A DNA stretch of 64,000 bases from an uncultured Actinomycetes bacterium (GTDB taxonomy: Bacteria; Actinomycetota; UBA4738; HRBIN12). The position numbers and the translations under genes were made by a program. Under the pieces are notes generated by a model that was not told the origin of the DNA, did not search any database, and saw only the letters and a list, made by a program, of their open reading frames with translations. The stretch lies in assembly GCA_963704725.1 (NCBI GenBank), contig OY969934.1:3296001-3360000 (forward strand), written 5' to 3'. This document shows positions 1-11,601 of the stretch, in pieces (the stretch's first letter is position 1; every line of letters starts with the position of its first letter).

Positions 1-557
1 CCGGCGTCCTCGGCCGGCGGAGCGGCGACCGACGTCGGTGCCGCGCCCACGTCGGCCGGCATCCCGGGCGGCTTCGCGCCGCCGGACATCAGCAGCGCCC
101 CTCCGATCAGGCCGATCGCGCCGCCGCCGATGACGAGGAAGATGCCGGCACCGACGCTGAGATCGAACTCGCCGGCGTCGATGGCCTGGTCGATGAAGGT
201 CCGTGCCTGCTCGGTCGTGATGCCGCTCTGCTCGGCGACGTCGGCCGCGATCTGGTCGCGGACGGTCAGGGCGTCGTAGACGCCGACGCCCCCGCCGGCC
301 AGGGCCGCGAGGATGGCCAGGATCGCGAGCGCCCGGCGGCCCGCTCGCATCGCGATCAGGCCCGCCGCGACCAGCACGAGCCCGGCGCCGAAGGTGATCC
401 AGCCGTCGCTTCCGTCCACCCCGGTCGCCGAGACCTTCTCGCCGCCGCCCGAGAGCGTGACCCACGTGAGGAACGACCCGGCCACCAGGAGCGCGCCACC
501 CACCACGGCCACGCCGGTTCCGATGGGCGAGCCCCGGCCCTCGCTTGGTTGCTGCAT
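1..557 (-). CDS. Hypothetical multi-pass membrane protein (partial, runs off window start)
   Basis: Read manually: ATG at 557 after GGAGGGG RBS; MQQPSEGRGSPIGTGVAVVGGALLVAGSFLTWV...; ~4 hydrophobic segments and a Pro/Ala-rich tail; no stop before base 1. Confidence 0.75.
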   Translation of the reverse strand, partial: MQQPSEGRGSPIGTGVAVVGGALLVAGSFLTWVTLSGGGEKVSATGVDGSDGWITFGAGLVLVAAGLIAMRAGRRALAILAILAALAGGGVGVYDALTVRDQIAADVAEQSGITTEQARTFIDQAIDAGEFDLSVGAGIFLVIGGGAIGLIGGALLMSGGAKPPGMPADVGAAPTSVAAPPAEDA

Positions 558-617
558 CTCCCCCTCCTCCTCGATCGGCGCCACATCCTTCCATCGCCGG
601 TGGGGGCCGTCCACCGT

Positions 618-794
618 ATGCTGCCGGTCGTTCCGACCGAGGAGGACCAGGTGGAGATCGATCCGGTCTGCGGCATGGAGGTCGACCCGGCCTCGGCCGA
701 GTGGAAGACGGAGCACGACGGCACGACCTACTACTTCTGCTCCAAGGGCTGCCTCGACGACTTCGTGGAGGACCCGGCCGCCTACCTCGGCTGA
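618..794 (+). CDS. YHS/TRASH domain small metal-binding protein
   Basis: DPVCGMEV...YYFCSKGC motif. Confidence 0.85.
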   Translation: MLPVVPTEEDQVEIDPVCGMEVDPASAEWKTEHDGTTYYFCSKGCLDDFVEDPAAYLG

Positions 795-797
795 GGC

Positions 798-1544
798 TCA
801 GGACTCGCGCCGCGCCATCAGGCGCGTCGAGAGCCACACCAGCGCGACCGTCGCCAACAGGCTCACTCCGGCGGCGCGCAGGAAGCCCGTGGCAGCTTCG
901 CCCTCGGCCAGCGCCGTCGGCGAGCCGACCAGCGCGCTCGGCAGCCAGGGCTCGAGCACGGGGATCTGGGCAAGGATCGGCAGGACGATCAGGACGACGA
1001 GCGCGATCCCGCCCGCCCCGATCACGCTGCGCGTCATCGCGGCCGTGCAGGCCACCACCGCGATCGCGAAGGCCAGGTACGACGCGCCGAACGCCGCACC
1101 GAACACGACGGCCCCGACCGGGACCGAGCCGATCAGCGTCACCGTGCCGATCCACGCCGCGATCAGCCCAACCACGAAGCAGGTCGCGCACGCCGCGGCG
1201 TTCACGGCGAACTTCGGCACGACGAGGGAGCGGAGCGACGGCGCCCGCGTGCGCAGGAACGCCGCCCACTCGGGCTTGGCGTCGAACGCGAGCGAGCCGG
1301 CCGCGATCAGCACCGACACCAGCAAGCCGATCTGCATGGCGTTCTGCAGGTACGCCGCGACCCCCTGCGGCGGCGTGGCCGGCGGGACGATCACCTGGAC
1401 GTCGCCGCCGAGATGCCGCAGCAGGGCGTCCTGGTACCGGGTGAGGATCGGCATGCCGATCCCGAACAGGAGGAACGAGCCGAGGAGGCCGATCCACCGC
1501 ATGGTCCGGAACAGCCGGAGGACCTCCAGCCGCCACACGCTCAC
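798..1544 (-). CDS. ABC-2 type transporter permease
   Basis: ~6 TM segments; GTG start overlaps stop of upstream ATPase (GTGA). Confidence 0.8.
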   Translation of the reverse strand: MSVWRLEVLRLFRTMRWIGLLGSFLLFGIGMPILTRYQDALLRHLGGDVQVIVPPATPPQGVAAYLQNAMQIGLLVSVLIAAGSLAFDAKPEWAAFLRTRAPSLRSLVVPKFAVNAAACATCFVVGLIAAWIGTVTLIGSVPVGAVVFGAAFGASYLAFAIAVVACTAAMTRSVIGAGGIALVVLIVLPILAQIPVLEPWLPSALVGSPTALAEGEAATGFLRAAGVSLLATVALVWLSTRLMARRES

Positions 1545-2428
1545 GACGTCAGCTCCAGGAAGACGGACTCGAGGTCCGGCGCCTCGGGCTCCGCGCTGAT
1601 GAGCCGCGCTCCCAGCCTCGCCAGGACCTCGGCGATCCCGCGCTCGGCCTCGGGCACCGAGGAGACCTCGATCCGGAGCCGGCCGTATCCCGCGTCCGTG
1701 ACCCCGGCGGCCCACGGCGCGGCCCGCAGCGCCGCCGCCACGGGCTCGACGGGCGGGCGGACCCGGATCACGTACGCCGGCTGCACCCGCTCGGTGAGCA
1801 GGGACTCGAGCGGGCCCTGGAACAGCAGCCGGCCCTCGCGCAGCACTCCCACCGTGTCGCAGACCCGCTGCACGTCGCCGAGGATGTGGCTCGAGAACAG
1901 GATCGTGCTCCGCCGCGCCAGACGGCTCACGAGCTCGAGGACCTCGTACCGGCCGAGCGGATCCAGCGCCGAGGCCGGCTCGTCGAACACGAGCAGCTCA
2001 GGCCCCGAGACGATCGTGGCCGCGATGCCGAGGCGCTGGAGCATGCCGCGCGAGAACCCCCCGACGCGCCGCGTCGCGACGTCCGACAGCCCGGTCTCGC
2101 GCAGGGCGTCGTCGGCGGCCGAGCCCGGCACCTCCGGCGCCACCATCGCTCGCGCCAGGTCGACCACCTCCCGGGCGGTGAGCCACGGGTCGAACAGGGG
2201 GGTGTCGGGCATCACCGCCACCCGCCGCCGCTCGACGTGCAGGCGAACCTCGCCGCCCGTCGGCCGGCGCAGGCCGGCCACGACGCCGATCAGGGTGCTC
2301 TTGCCCGCGCCGTTCGGCCCCACCAGGCCGTAGACGGTCCCGGCCTCGACCCGCAGGTCGACGTCGTCGAGCGCCACCGTCCCCCCGTAGACCTTGCGGA
2401 GCGAGGACGTTTCCAGGACCGGCGCCAT
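1541..2428 (-). CDS. ABC transporter ATP-binding protein
   Basis: Walker A GPNGAGKS, signature FSRGM, Walker B LVFDEP, SSH switch. Confidence 0.92.
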   Translation of the reverse strand: MAPVLETSSLRKVYGGTVALDDVDLRVEAGTVYGLVGPNGAGKSTLIGVVAGLRRPTGGEVRLHVERRRVAVMPDTPLFDPWLTAREVVDLARAMVAPEVPGSAADDALRETGLSDVATRRVGGFSRGMLQRLGIAATIVSGPELLVFDEPASALDPLGRYEVLELVSRLARRSTILFSSHILGDVQRVCDTVGVLREGRLLFQGPLESLLTERVQPAYVIRVRPPVEPVAAALRAAPWAAGVTDAGYGRLRIEVSSVPEAERGIAEVLARLGARLISAEPEAPDLESVFLELTS

Positions 2429-2538
2429 GTACGGGAGCCTACGCCGCCGGTCGTCCCGTCTCGTCGACGGGTGCGACCCCTTCGAACGGGACGGACGACC
2501 CGTTGACGCACCCGTGTAATGATGTAATCCTTGTTCGC

Positions 2539-3060
2539 ATGGACACCACACACAGCAGCGACGAGCTTCAGGGATGGTTCGCCGGGCGGCTGCCGGGCGA
2601 TTGGTTCGTCGGCGCGGCCGAGGTCAGCGCCGACCGCGAGGAGATCCTCGTCGTGGGCACGCTCTCGGACCCCGAGCTGCCCGAGGGCGCCACGCCCGAG
2701 GTGGCCGCGGCGGCCAGGATCGCGCGGATCGACGGCTTCCGGGAGGACACCCGGGAGCGCCGCATGCGGATCGCCGACGAGGCCCAGTACCGGTTCGGTC
2801 GTCGCGTCTCCTGGGGTGCCCAGAGCGGCGACGTCCGCAAGCTCTTCACCACGGTGAGCGTCCCCGCCATGACCCGGCTGCGCATGCCCGAGCGCCGGGT
2901 GCTCGACACGCTGGTGGACGCCGGCGTGGCCCGTTCGCGGAGCCACGCCCTGGCGTGGTGCGTTCGGCTCGTCGCCGAGCGCCAGGACGAGTGGCTCAAG
3001 GACCTCCGCGACGCCCTGACCCATGTCGAGCGGGTGCGCGGGGAGGGCCCGACCTCGTAG
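2539..3060 (+). CDS. Conserved actinobacterial-type hypothetical protein
   Basis: Coding-like composition; VPAMTRLRMPERRVLDTLVDAGVARSRSHALAWCV segment. Confidence 0.75.
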   Translation: MDTTHSSDELQGWFAGRLPGDWFVGAAEVSADREEILVVGTLSDPELPEGATPEVAAAARIARIDGFREDTRERRMRIADEAQYRFGRRVSWGAQSGDVRKLFTTVSVPAMTRLRMPERRVLDTLVDAGVARSRSHALAWCVRLVAERQDEWLKDLRDALTHVERVRGEGPTS

Positions 3061-3068
3061 GGACCGAG

Positions 3069-3263
3069 CTACTCGACGCCGAGGCCCATGCGGTAGACCT
3101 TCCGGCTCCGGACCTGGTCGAACAGGACGACCTCCTCGATGCCGCTCTCGAACAGGTCCCGCCAGGAGGTGCCGATCCAGGCCTCCGCGGTCTCGGTGTC
3201 GGGGAAGGCCGGGGAGCGGCCGACCTCCTGGCCGGTCTGATCGAGATACGTCCAGGCGAACAT
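3069..3263 (-). CDS. Small hypothetical protein
   Basis: 64 aa, AEAWIGTSWRDL motif; TGATG coupling to upstream ORF. Confidence 0.7.
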   Translation of the reverse strand: MFAWTYLDQTGQEVGRSPAFPDTETAEAWIGTSWRDLFESGIEEVVLFDQVRSRKVYRMGLGVE

Positions 3264-3472
3264 CAGGGCCGCCGGACCGAGACGATCATGTTCACGGCTC
3301 TGGCCACCATCACGCGCTCCCCCACCTCGAGACCCTCGGGGACCGACTCGGCACCCAGTCGTGCCGTCTCGAGCATCTCGCCCTCGTAGGCGATCGTGAC
3401 ATCGACGAGGGCCGATCCGTGGATCTCGACCCGCCGGACGTCACGAACGACCCCCTCTCGCTCACCGAGCAT
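3263..3472 (-). CDS. Small hypothetical protein (beta-rich, possible OB/TOBE-like fold)
   Basis: 69 aa; TACCCT -10-like hexamer shortly before ATG; coupled to downstream ORF. Confidence 0.65.
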   Translation of the reverse strand: MLGEREGVVRDVRRVEIHGSALVDVTIAYEGEMLETARLGAESVPEGLEVGERVMVARAVNMIVSVRRP

Positions 3473-3600
3473 GACCGCGGAGGGTAGCGCACCCCCGGCG
3501 GGGTGGCCTCCTCCCGTCGCCGTAGACCATCTCGTACGCGGAGCGCGTTCACAACTTCCCGCTCAAGGAGCCGTTGAGTAGGGTCGAGGACCCTACCGAG

Positions 3601-4848
3601 ATGACTACGCGGCCCCTGCGGCGTCTCATCGCCGTCCTCGCGTGTCTCACGGTCGCGCTGCTGCCGCAGCCGGCCTCGTCGACGCGCGCCTCGCGGGTCG
3701 CCCTGGCTGGGGAGCGGGGCTCCGGTCCCGCGGCGTGGAGGGTCGCGTCCCCCCAAGCCACGAACGGCATCCACTGGAGCGACGTCAACAAGAAGCACTG
3801 GGCCCGAGCCGCGGTCGACTACGTGGGCGCGACGTACGACTGGATGCGCGACTACCGTCTCCAGCCGGACGGCCGGTATCCCTTCAAGCCCGACACGCTC
3901 GAGAGCCGCCGGCTGTTCGCGCGGGCGCTGTACCGGGCCTTCGGCGCGGCGCTCGTGGCCGACCCGAACGTCACGTTCGAGGACCTGCCCGCCGACGACC
4001 GCTTCTTCACGGCGGCCAACGTCGCCGTGACCCAGGGGTGGATGGAGCCTCAGGGGTCGAGCTTCCTGCCCATGGAGCCCGTGACGACGCGCGTGGTCCA
4101 CCGGGCGCTCGTGCTGGCGCTCGGGCTGGGGGACCTGGCCGCCGGCGCCGACGCGCTCCACCTGGAGGACGGCACGAAGGTGCCCACCCCGGAGGGCTTC
4201 GGCACGCTCCTCATCGGGATGCGGCTGGGGTTGCGCTACAACCACGGGGACGAGAGCCTCGACGTCTCGCCCGACTCGCCGCTGCCCCGGTCCGAGGTGG
4301 CCTGGTCGCTGTATCGGGCGGCGACGGCTCCCGAGTGGATCCGCGACTCGCTGGCGAACTACGCGACGATGGAGCTGCCGAACCTGAGCGACCACATGCA
4401 GCAGGTCGTGGCGTGGGGCGTGCGATGGGTCGGCACCCCGTACATCTGGGGCGGCGAATGGGGCGAGGCCTCGCCCCCCGGCTACTGCTGCGGCTGGCAG
4501 CCGCAGGGCGGTTTCGACTGCTCCGGGATGACCTGGTGGTTGATGCGCAGAGGCGACGCGTCCTGGAACAACGTCCCGCCGCGCGAGTACGAGGGCTGGG
4601 ACCTGCCCCAGCGGAGCTCGGCGCAGATGGCCTCGGTCGGCCCGAGGATCCGCTGGAACGACATCGCGCCGGGCGACCTGCTCTTCTACGACGGCGACGA
4701 CGACGGCACCGTCGACCACGTGGACACCTACATCGGCAACGGCTGGGCGATCGACTCCGGGGGCAGCAACGCCGGCGTGACGATCACCTACGTCGAGGGC
4801 ACCTGGTACCAGGACCACTTCGTGCGCGCTCGCCGCATCGCCGAGTAG
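3601..4848 (+). CDS. Secreted NlpC/P60 cell-wall peptidase with SLH-like N-terminal domains
   Basis: Signal peptide; SLH-like WSDV..HWA..AV and FEDLP..FF..A; NlpC/P60 GTPYIWGG, FDCSG, PGDLLF, HV. Confidence 0.85.
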   Translation: MTTRPLRRLIAVLACLTVALLPQPASSTRASRVALAGERGSGPAAWRVASPQATNGIHWSDVNKKHWARAAVDYVGATYDWMRDYRLQPDGRYPFKPDTLESRRLFARALYRAFGAALVADPNVTFEDLPADDRFFTAANVAVTQGWMEPQGSSFLPMEPVTTRVVHRALVLALGLGDLAAGADALHLEDGTKVPTPEGFGTLLIGMRLGLRYNHGDESLDVSPDSPLPRSEVAWSLYRAATAPEWIRDSLANYATMELPNLSDHMQQVVAWGVRWVGTPYIWGGEWGEASPPGYCCGWQPQGGFDCSGMTWWLMRRGDASWNNVPPREYEGWDLPQRSSAQMASVGPRIRWNDIAPGDLLFYDGDDDGTVDHVDTYIGNGWAIDSGGSNAGVTITYVEGTWYQDHFVRARRIAE

Positions 4849-4854
4849 AACCCG

Positions 4855-5262
4855 CTAGACGTCGCCGGCGTTCGTCAGCTCGAGCTCGAGGGCCTCGCGC
4901 TCCTTCGCCGTGAGCGGTCGGGACCGGCCGCTCTTCGGGTCGCGGGGAACCACGACCGACTCGGAGGACGCCGAGACCGCGCCGTCGAGGGTGAGGATCG
5001 TCTCCCGGGTCGTGACGCTCGATCGCCCGATCGAGGCGAGCTCGCACCGGACCACGACCGCCGAATCCTCCTGGGTCAGCTCGCGCCGGAAGTCGATCGC
5101 CACCCTCGCCAGCACGAAGTCCCACGTGTCGGTGAGCGTGCCGAGCGCCTGCTGCGCCCACGCGTCGCGGGCCTCCTCGAGGTAGTTGAGGTAGACCGCG
5201 TTGTTGACGTGTCCGTACGCGTCGAGATCGCGCCACCGGATCTCGATCCGTCGTTCCAGCAT
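4855..5262 (-). CDS. Acyl-CoA thioesterase (4HBT/YbgC family)
   Basis: RWRDLDAYGHVNNAVYLNYLEEAR motif. Confidence 0.9.
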   Translation of the reverse strand: MLERRIEIRWRDLDAYGHVNNAVYLNYLEEARDAWAQQALGTLTDTWDFVLARVAIDFRRELTQEDSAVVVRCELASIGRSSVTTRETILTLDGAVSASSESVVVPRDPKSGRSRPLTAKEREALELELTNAGDV

Positions 5263-5492
5263 CAGGTCTCGATCCGGTCGACCTGCAGGCCCCGGCCGGC
5301 CAGCCACGCCACCGCCGCCGCGATCCGATCCTCGTCCCCCGCGACCTCCAGGATCATCCACCCGCCCCGGTCCTCCTCCAGGTTGGCGCGGCGGATGTTC
5401 ACGACGAGCCCGAAGTCGGCTCCCATCAGGTGCACGACCGGCTCGGACATCAGATGCGCGGGGAACGTCAGGTGCAGGTGAGCGCTCGCCAT
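5262..5492 (-). CDS. Stand-alone NIL domain protein
   Basis: LTFP..LMSEPVV...VNIRRAN...GWMILEV pattern. Confidence 0.8.
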   Translation of the reverse strand: MASAHLHLTFPAHLMSEPVVHLMGADFGLVVNIRRANLEEDRGGWMILEVAGDEDRIAAAVAWLAGRGLQVDRIET

Positions 5493-5523
5493 CCGGAGGC
5501 CATCCTGCCACGCCCGCGATGAC

Positions 5524-5557
5524 GATGGCCCCCGGGACCTTCGTCCCGGGGGCCATC
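5524..5557. terminator. Hairpin terminator downstream of groEL
   Basis: GATGGCCCCCGGGAC-CTTC-GTCCCGGGGGCCATC perfect 15-bp stem. Confidence 0.8.
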
Positions 5558-5625
5558 CGTGGAGAGAGGGGGCTCCAGAAGGTGGTTCGCCGGAGCCGCC
5601 CCGTCGGTTCGACGAACTCCGTCGC

Positions 5626-7245
5626 TCAGAAGTCCATGTCGCCGCCGCCCGGCATGGGCGGAGCCTTCTCCTTCTCGGGCTTCTCGGCCACCACGGCCTC
5701 GGTCGTCAGGAACAGGGCCGCGATCGAGGCGGCGTTCTGCAGCGCCGACCGCGTCACCTTGGTGGGGTCGATGATGCCCGCCTTGAACATGTCCACGTAC
5801 TCGCCGGTCGCGGCGTCCAGACCCATGCCCAGGTCGAGGTTACGGACCTTGTCGATCACGACCCCGCCCTCGAGACCAGCGTTGTGGGCGATCTGCTTGA
5901 TCGGCTCCTCGAGCGCCCGGCGCACGATCGCCGCTCCGGTGAGCTCGTCGCCCTCCAGGTCGACCTTGTCCAGCGCCGTCTGGGCGTTGAGCAGAGCCAC
6001 GCCGCCGCCGGGCACGACGCCCTCCTCCACGGCCGCCTTCGTGGACTGCACGGCGTCCTCGATGCGGTGCTTCTTCTCCTTCAGCTCGACCTCGGTGGCC
6101 GCGCCGACCTTGATCACCGCGACGCCGCCGGCCAGGCGCGCCAGGCGCTCCTGCAGCTTCTCTCGGTCGTAGTCGGAGTCGGTCTTCTCGATCTCGGCCT
6201 TGATCTGGTTGATCCGGCCCTTGATGTCTTCCTCCTTGCCGCCACCCTCCACGACCGTGGTGTCGTCCTTCGTCACCATGATCTTGCGGGCGGAGCCGAG
6301 CAGGTCGAGCGTCGCGTTCTCGAGCTTGAGCCCGACCTCCTCGGAGATGACCTGGCCGCCGGTGAGGATCGCGATGTCCTGGAGCATGGCCTTGCGTCGG
6401 TCGCCGAATCCGGGCGCCTTCACGGCGGCCGAGCGGAACGTGCCGCGGACCTTGTTGACCACCAGGGTCGCCAGCGCCTCGCCCTCCACGTCCTCGGCGA
6501 TGATCAGGAGCGGCTTGCCCGTCTGCATGACCTTCTCCAGCACCGGCAGGAGGTCCTTCACCGCGCTGATCTTCGAGTTGGCGATGAGGATGTAGGGGTC
6601 CTCCAGGTCGGTCTCCATGCGCTCGGGGTCGGTGACGAAGTAGGCCGAGATGTAGCCCTTGTCGAACCGCATGCCCTCGACGAGCTCGAGCTCCATGCCG
6701 AAGGTGTTGGACTCCTCGACCGTGATGACGCCGTCCTTGCCGACCTTGTCCACGGCCTCGGCGATCTGCTCGCCGATCTCGGGGTCGGCGGCCGAGATGG
6801 CGCCGACGTGCGCGATCTCGCCCTTCTCCTCGACCTCCTTGGACTGGTTCTTGATGCTCTCGACGGCGAGCTCGACGGCCCGCTCGATGCCCCGCTTGAT
6901 CGCCATCGGATTGGCCCCGGCTGCCACGTTGCGCAGGCCCTCCTTCACGATGGCCTGGGCGAGCACGGTCGCCGTGGTGGTCCCGTCGCCGGCGACGTCG
7001 TCGGTCTTCTTGGCGACCTCCTTGACGAGCTCGGCCCCGACCTTCTCCAGCGGATCCTCCAGCTCGATCTCCTTGGCGATCGAGACCCCGTCGTTGGTGA
7101 TCGTTGGGGCGCCCCACTTCTTCTCGAGCACGACGTTGCGTCCCTTGGGTCCGAGCGTGATCTTCACGGCGTTCGCGAGCATGTCCATGCCGCGCTCGAG
7201 GGCCCGACGCGCCTCCTCGTCGTACGAGATGATCTTCGGTGCCAT
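5626..7245 (-). CDS. groEL: Chaperonin GroEL (monocistronic groEL2 type)
   Basis: [23 protein letters not shown]; MPGGGDMDF tail; no groES adjacent. Confidence 0.99.
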   Translation of the reverse strand: MAPKIISYDEEARRALERGMDMLANAVKITLGPKGRNVVLEKKWGAPTITNDGVSIAKEIELEDPLEKVGAELVKEVAKKTDDVAGDGTTTATVLAQAIVKEGLRNVAAGANPMAIKRGIERAVELAVESIKNQSKEVEEKGEIAHVGAISAADPEIGEQIAEAVDKVGKDGVITVEESNTFGMELELVEGMRFDKGYISAYFVTDPERMETDLEDPYILIANSKISAVKDLLPVLEKVMQTGKPLLIIAEDVEGEALATLVVNKVRGTFRSAAVKAPGFGDRRKAMLQDIAILTGGQVISEEVGLKLENATLDLLGSARKIMVTKDDTTVVEGGGKEEDIKGRINQIKAEIEKTDSDYDREKLQERLARLAGGVAVIKVGAATEVELKEKKHRIEDAVQSTKAAVEEGVVPGGGVALLNAQTALDKVDLEGDELTGAAIVRRALEEPIKQIAHNAGLEGGVVIDKVRNLDLGMGLDAATGEYVDMFKAGIIDPTKVTRSALQNAASIAALFLTTEAVVAEKPEKEKAPPMPGGGDMDF

Positions 7246-7320
7246 ACCCCGCCCTCCTTTGGGCTCTCCTCCGGCCGCTCTCGGCCGCTTCCTCGACCTA
7301 CGTCTCTCGGCTCGTGACTG

Positions 7321-7347
7321 CTAGCACTCTGAGCCGGTGAGTGCTAA
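7321..7347 (-). promoter_or_regulatory. CIRCE element (HrcA operator)
   Basis: Minus strand TTAGCACTC-N9-GAGTGCTAG upstream of groEL. Confidence 0.95.
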
Positions 7348-7350
7348 TGA

Positions 7351-7379
7351 ATCGTAGCGACGAGGGGGCCGAGTGGCAA
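7351..7379 (-). promoter_or_regulatory. Sigma-A type promoter of groEL
   Basis: TTGCCA-N17-TACGAT immediately upstream of CIRCE. Confidence 0.8.
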
Positions 7380-7404
7380 GGGCGGCACGGCGCCCGGAGC
7401 GCGC

Positions 7405-8019
7405 TCAGGCCTGCCCGGAGCAGTTCTGGGGGCTCTCGGCTGAGACCAGGAGGTCCCCGGGGTCCGCGTCCACGACGTCGAACCCCGGCCCACCGTTCGC
7501 GACGTCGTTGTTCCCGACGCCGTCCTCCGTGGACACGCAGAAGTCGAGCCCCCGGCCGCCCTGGACGATGTCCGAGCCCCCGTCTCCGGACACGACGTCC
7601 CGGCCCGGTCCTCCCTCGACGTGATCCACCCCGGCCCCCCCGACGACGAGGTCGGCTCCCCGGCCTCCGTCCACCTGATCGGTGCCGCCGCCGCCGTCGA
7701 TCCGGTCGTTGCCGCGTCCGCCGAAGATCGTGTCGTCTCCTCCCAAGCCCACGATCGCGTCGTCGCCATTCCCCCCGCAGATCACGTCGTCACCCGGCGT
7801 CCCCCGCAGGACGTCGCTCTCGATCGTGCCGACGATCGTGCACACGAGATCCGACTGGGCCGTGGGCATGGTGGGAAGCGGCGACACCTCGTCGGACGGA
7901 GACGAGAGGGGACCGGGCAACGACGTCTCGCGTCGGTCCGGCGTGCACGCCCCGAGTGCCACGAGGGCGGCCGATCCCACGACCAGGGCCCGTCGCAGCC
8001 CGCCGCTCCCGCTCAGCAC
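7405..8019 (-). CDS. Lipoprotein with RTX/hemolysin-type Ca-binding repeats
   Basis: Lipobox LVALGAC; CTIVGT then repeated GGxGxDxI nonamers. Confidence 0.8.
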   Translation of the reverse strand: MLSGSGGLRRALVVGSAALVALGACTPDRRETSLPGPLSSPSDEVSPLPTMPTAQSDLVCTIVGTIESDVLRGTPGDDVICGGNGDDAIVGLGGDDTIFGGRGNDRIDGGGGTDQVDGGRGADLVVGGAGVDHVEGGPGRDVVSGDGGSDIVQGGRGLDFCVSTEDGVGNNDVANGGPGFDVVDADPGDLLVSAESPQNCSGQA

Positions 8020-8074
8020 ACGGTGAGGGATACCCGATCCGGCGAGCCCTCGACCACGGCGTCGGGCGGCGCCG

Positions 8075-10042
<1,968 letters not shown>

Positions 10043-10277
10043 GGTGGTCGCGACCCCCTCGTGAGTGTTGTCCGAACCGGCATCGTAGCGGGGCGAACCA
10101 CACGACGCGGTTCCGCCTTGCCCGCCACGACACGTCCGAACGGCCCGGGGCGGCCCTCCCGGAGTTGCCCACCCCGCCGGCCGGGTGCTTGCATCCGTGC
10201 CTGAGACCCGCCAGCATCGTGCCTACGAGGCCGCCATGAGGCGGCCTCGAAGCCTGCACGGGGGAAGGAGGCCCGCG

Positions 10278-10433
10278 GTGGCCGACAAGTACGAGGCGTA
10301 CTGCGTCAAGTGCCGTGCGAAGCGGGAGTTCGAGGGCAGCGTGGTCGAGCTCAAGAACGGCCGGAAGGCAGCTCAGGGCACCTGTCCGGTGTGCGGCACC
10401 AAGGTCATGCGGATCCTGGGCAAGAGCGCCTAG
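10278..10433 (+). CDS. Small zinc-ribbon protein (DUF5679-like)
   Basis: GGAAGGAG RBS + GTG; AYCVKC...KNGR...GTCPVCGTK. Confidence 0.85.
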   Translation: MADKYEAYCVKCRAKREFEGSVVELKNGRKAAQGTCPVCGTKVMRILGKSA

Positions 10434-10505
10434 GCCCCGGCGCGGGCCGGCCGGGCCGAGGCCCGGCCGGGACCTCGTCTCTGGTTCGCCCGACCCTTCC
10501 CGGGG

Positions 10506-10973
10506 TCAGTTCAGGCCGGAGAGCAGCTGTTCGGCCGTGAAGACCGTGGGTCCGGTGCTCCGCTGGTGCCTCGTCATGAGGTCGGCGACCGTCGTGGTCT
10601 CGAACACCCGTTGGATGGCCCGGGCCACGTCCCCCCAGAACCCCTGAAGCCCGCACCGCGAGTCCGCGAAGCACGTGTGATCGGTGGGCTCGAGGCAGAA
10701 CATCGGGTAGAGCTGCCCCTCGATGGCGTCCGCGATCTGCGCCACCGTGATCTCGGTCGGATCGCCGCCGATGCGACAGCCGCCGCCGGCGCCTCGGAAG
10801 CTCTCGACCAACCCGGCCTTGTGCAGGGCGCCGAGTTGCTGCTCGAGGAAACGAAGAGGGATCTGCTGGGCGGTGGCGATCTCCCGGGCGGGGACCAAGC
10901 CGCCGTCCCGGCGCAGGCCGAGCTCGATCATCGCGCGCATCGCGTACTCGAGCTTCTGCGAGATCCTCAGCAC
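10506..10973 (-). CDS. Rrf2 family transcriptional regulator (3-Cys, probable Fe-S)
   Basis: EYAMRAM, FLEQ, ESFRGAGGG wing; C-x7-C-x5-C. Confidence 0.92.
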   Translation of the reverse strand: MLRISQKLEYAMRAMIELGLRRDGGLVPAREIATAQQIPLRFLEQQLGALHKAGLVESFRGAGGGCRIGGDPTEITVAQIADAIEGQLYPMFCLEPTDHTCFADSRCGLQGFWGDVARAIQRVFETTTVADLMTRHQRSTGPTVFTAEQLLSGLN

Positions 10974-11128
10974 GTCGCCACCCCCTTCTCGCAGGGTAGG
11001 GACGCCGTGAGAGGGTGTCAACGAAGCGTCGGACCGCGGCGGCCGCTCCCCTCGAACGGGGAGCCCGAGATGATCCCAACGGGCCATGGAGCGCCCCCCG
11101 GACCTGCCGAAGCCTCAAGGAGAGAGCC

Positions 11129-11551
11129 ATGCGTGTCCTGGTGATCGACGACGAGCCGGACGTCCTCCTGCTGTGCCGGGTGAACTTCGAGCTCGCCGGC
11201 CACGAGGTGTTCGAGGCGCCGGACGGCGAGAGCGGGATCGAGCTCGCCGTGCGCGAGCGTCCGGACGCCATCGTGCTCGACGTGATGCTGCCGAGCCGGG
11301 ACGGGCTCTCCATCCTCGCCGACCTCCTCAAGGACCCGAGGACCCGCGAGACGCCTGTGATCCTGCTGACCGCGAAGACGCAGCTGCAGGACCGCCTGGC
11401 CGGGTGGCGGGCGGGGTGCGCGGAGTACGTCACGAAGCCGTTCTCCCCGGTCGCGCTGGCCGAGCTCGTCGACCGGGTGGTGGAGATGCCCACGGTCGAG
11501 CGCACCGCGCATCGCAAGGTCGAGCTCGGTCGTCTCGAACCGCCTGCCTGA
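11129..11551 (+). CDS. Single-domain response regulator receiver
   Basis: VLVIDDE, LDVMLP, LTAK, YVTKPF; AAGGAG RBS. Confidence 0.9.
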   Translation: MRVLVIDDEPDVLLLCRVNFELAGHEVFEAPDGESGIELAVRERPDAIVLDVMLPSRDGLSILADLLKDPRTRETPVILLTAKTQLQDRLAGWRAGCAEYVTKPFSPVALAELVDRVVEMPTVERTAHRKVELGRLEPPA

Positions 11552-11601
11552 GCACGCCGGCGGGCCGGCCCCACGCGAAGACCCTTGGCTACACTCGCAA
11601 C

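Noticed and set aside
5534-5547. GGGACCTTCGTCCC resembling a DosR box
   Set aside because: It is the centre of the groEL terminator hairpin, which explains the symmetry
7450-7830. RTX repeats as a toxin or type I secretion substrate
   Set aside because: Short lipoprotein with no toxin domain and no T1SS genes nearby
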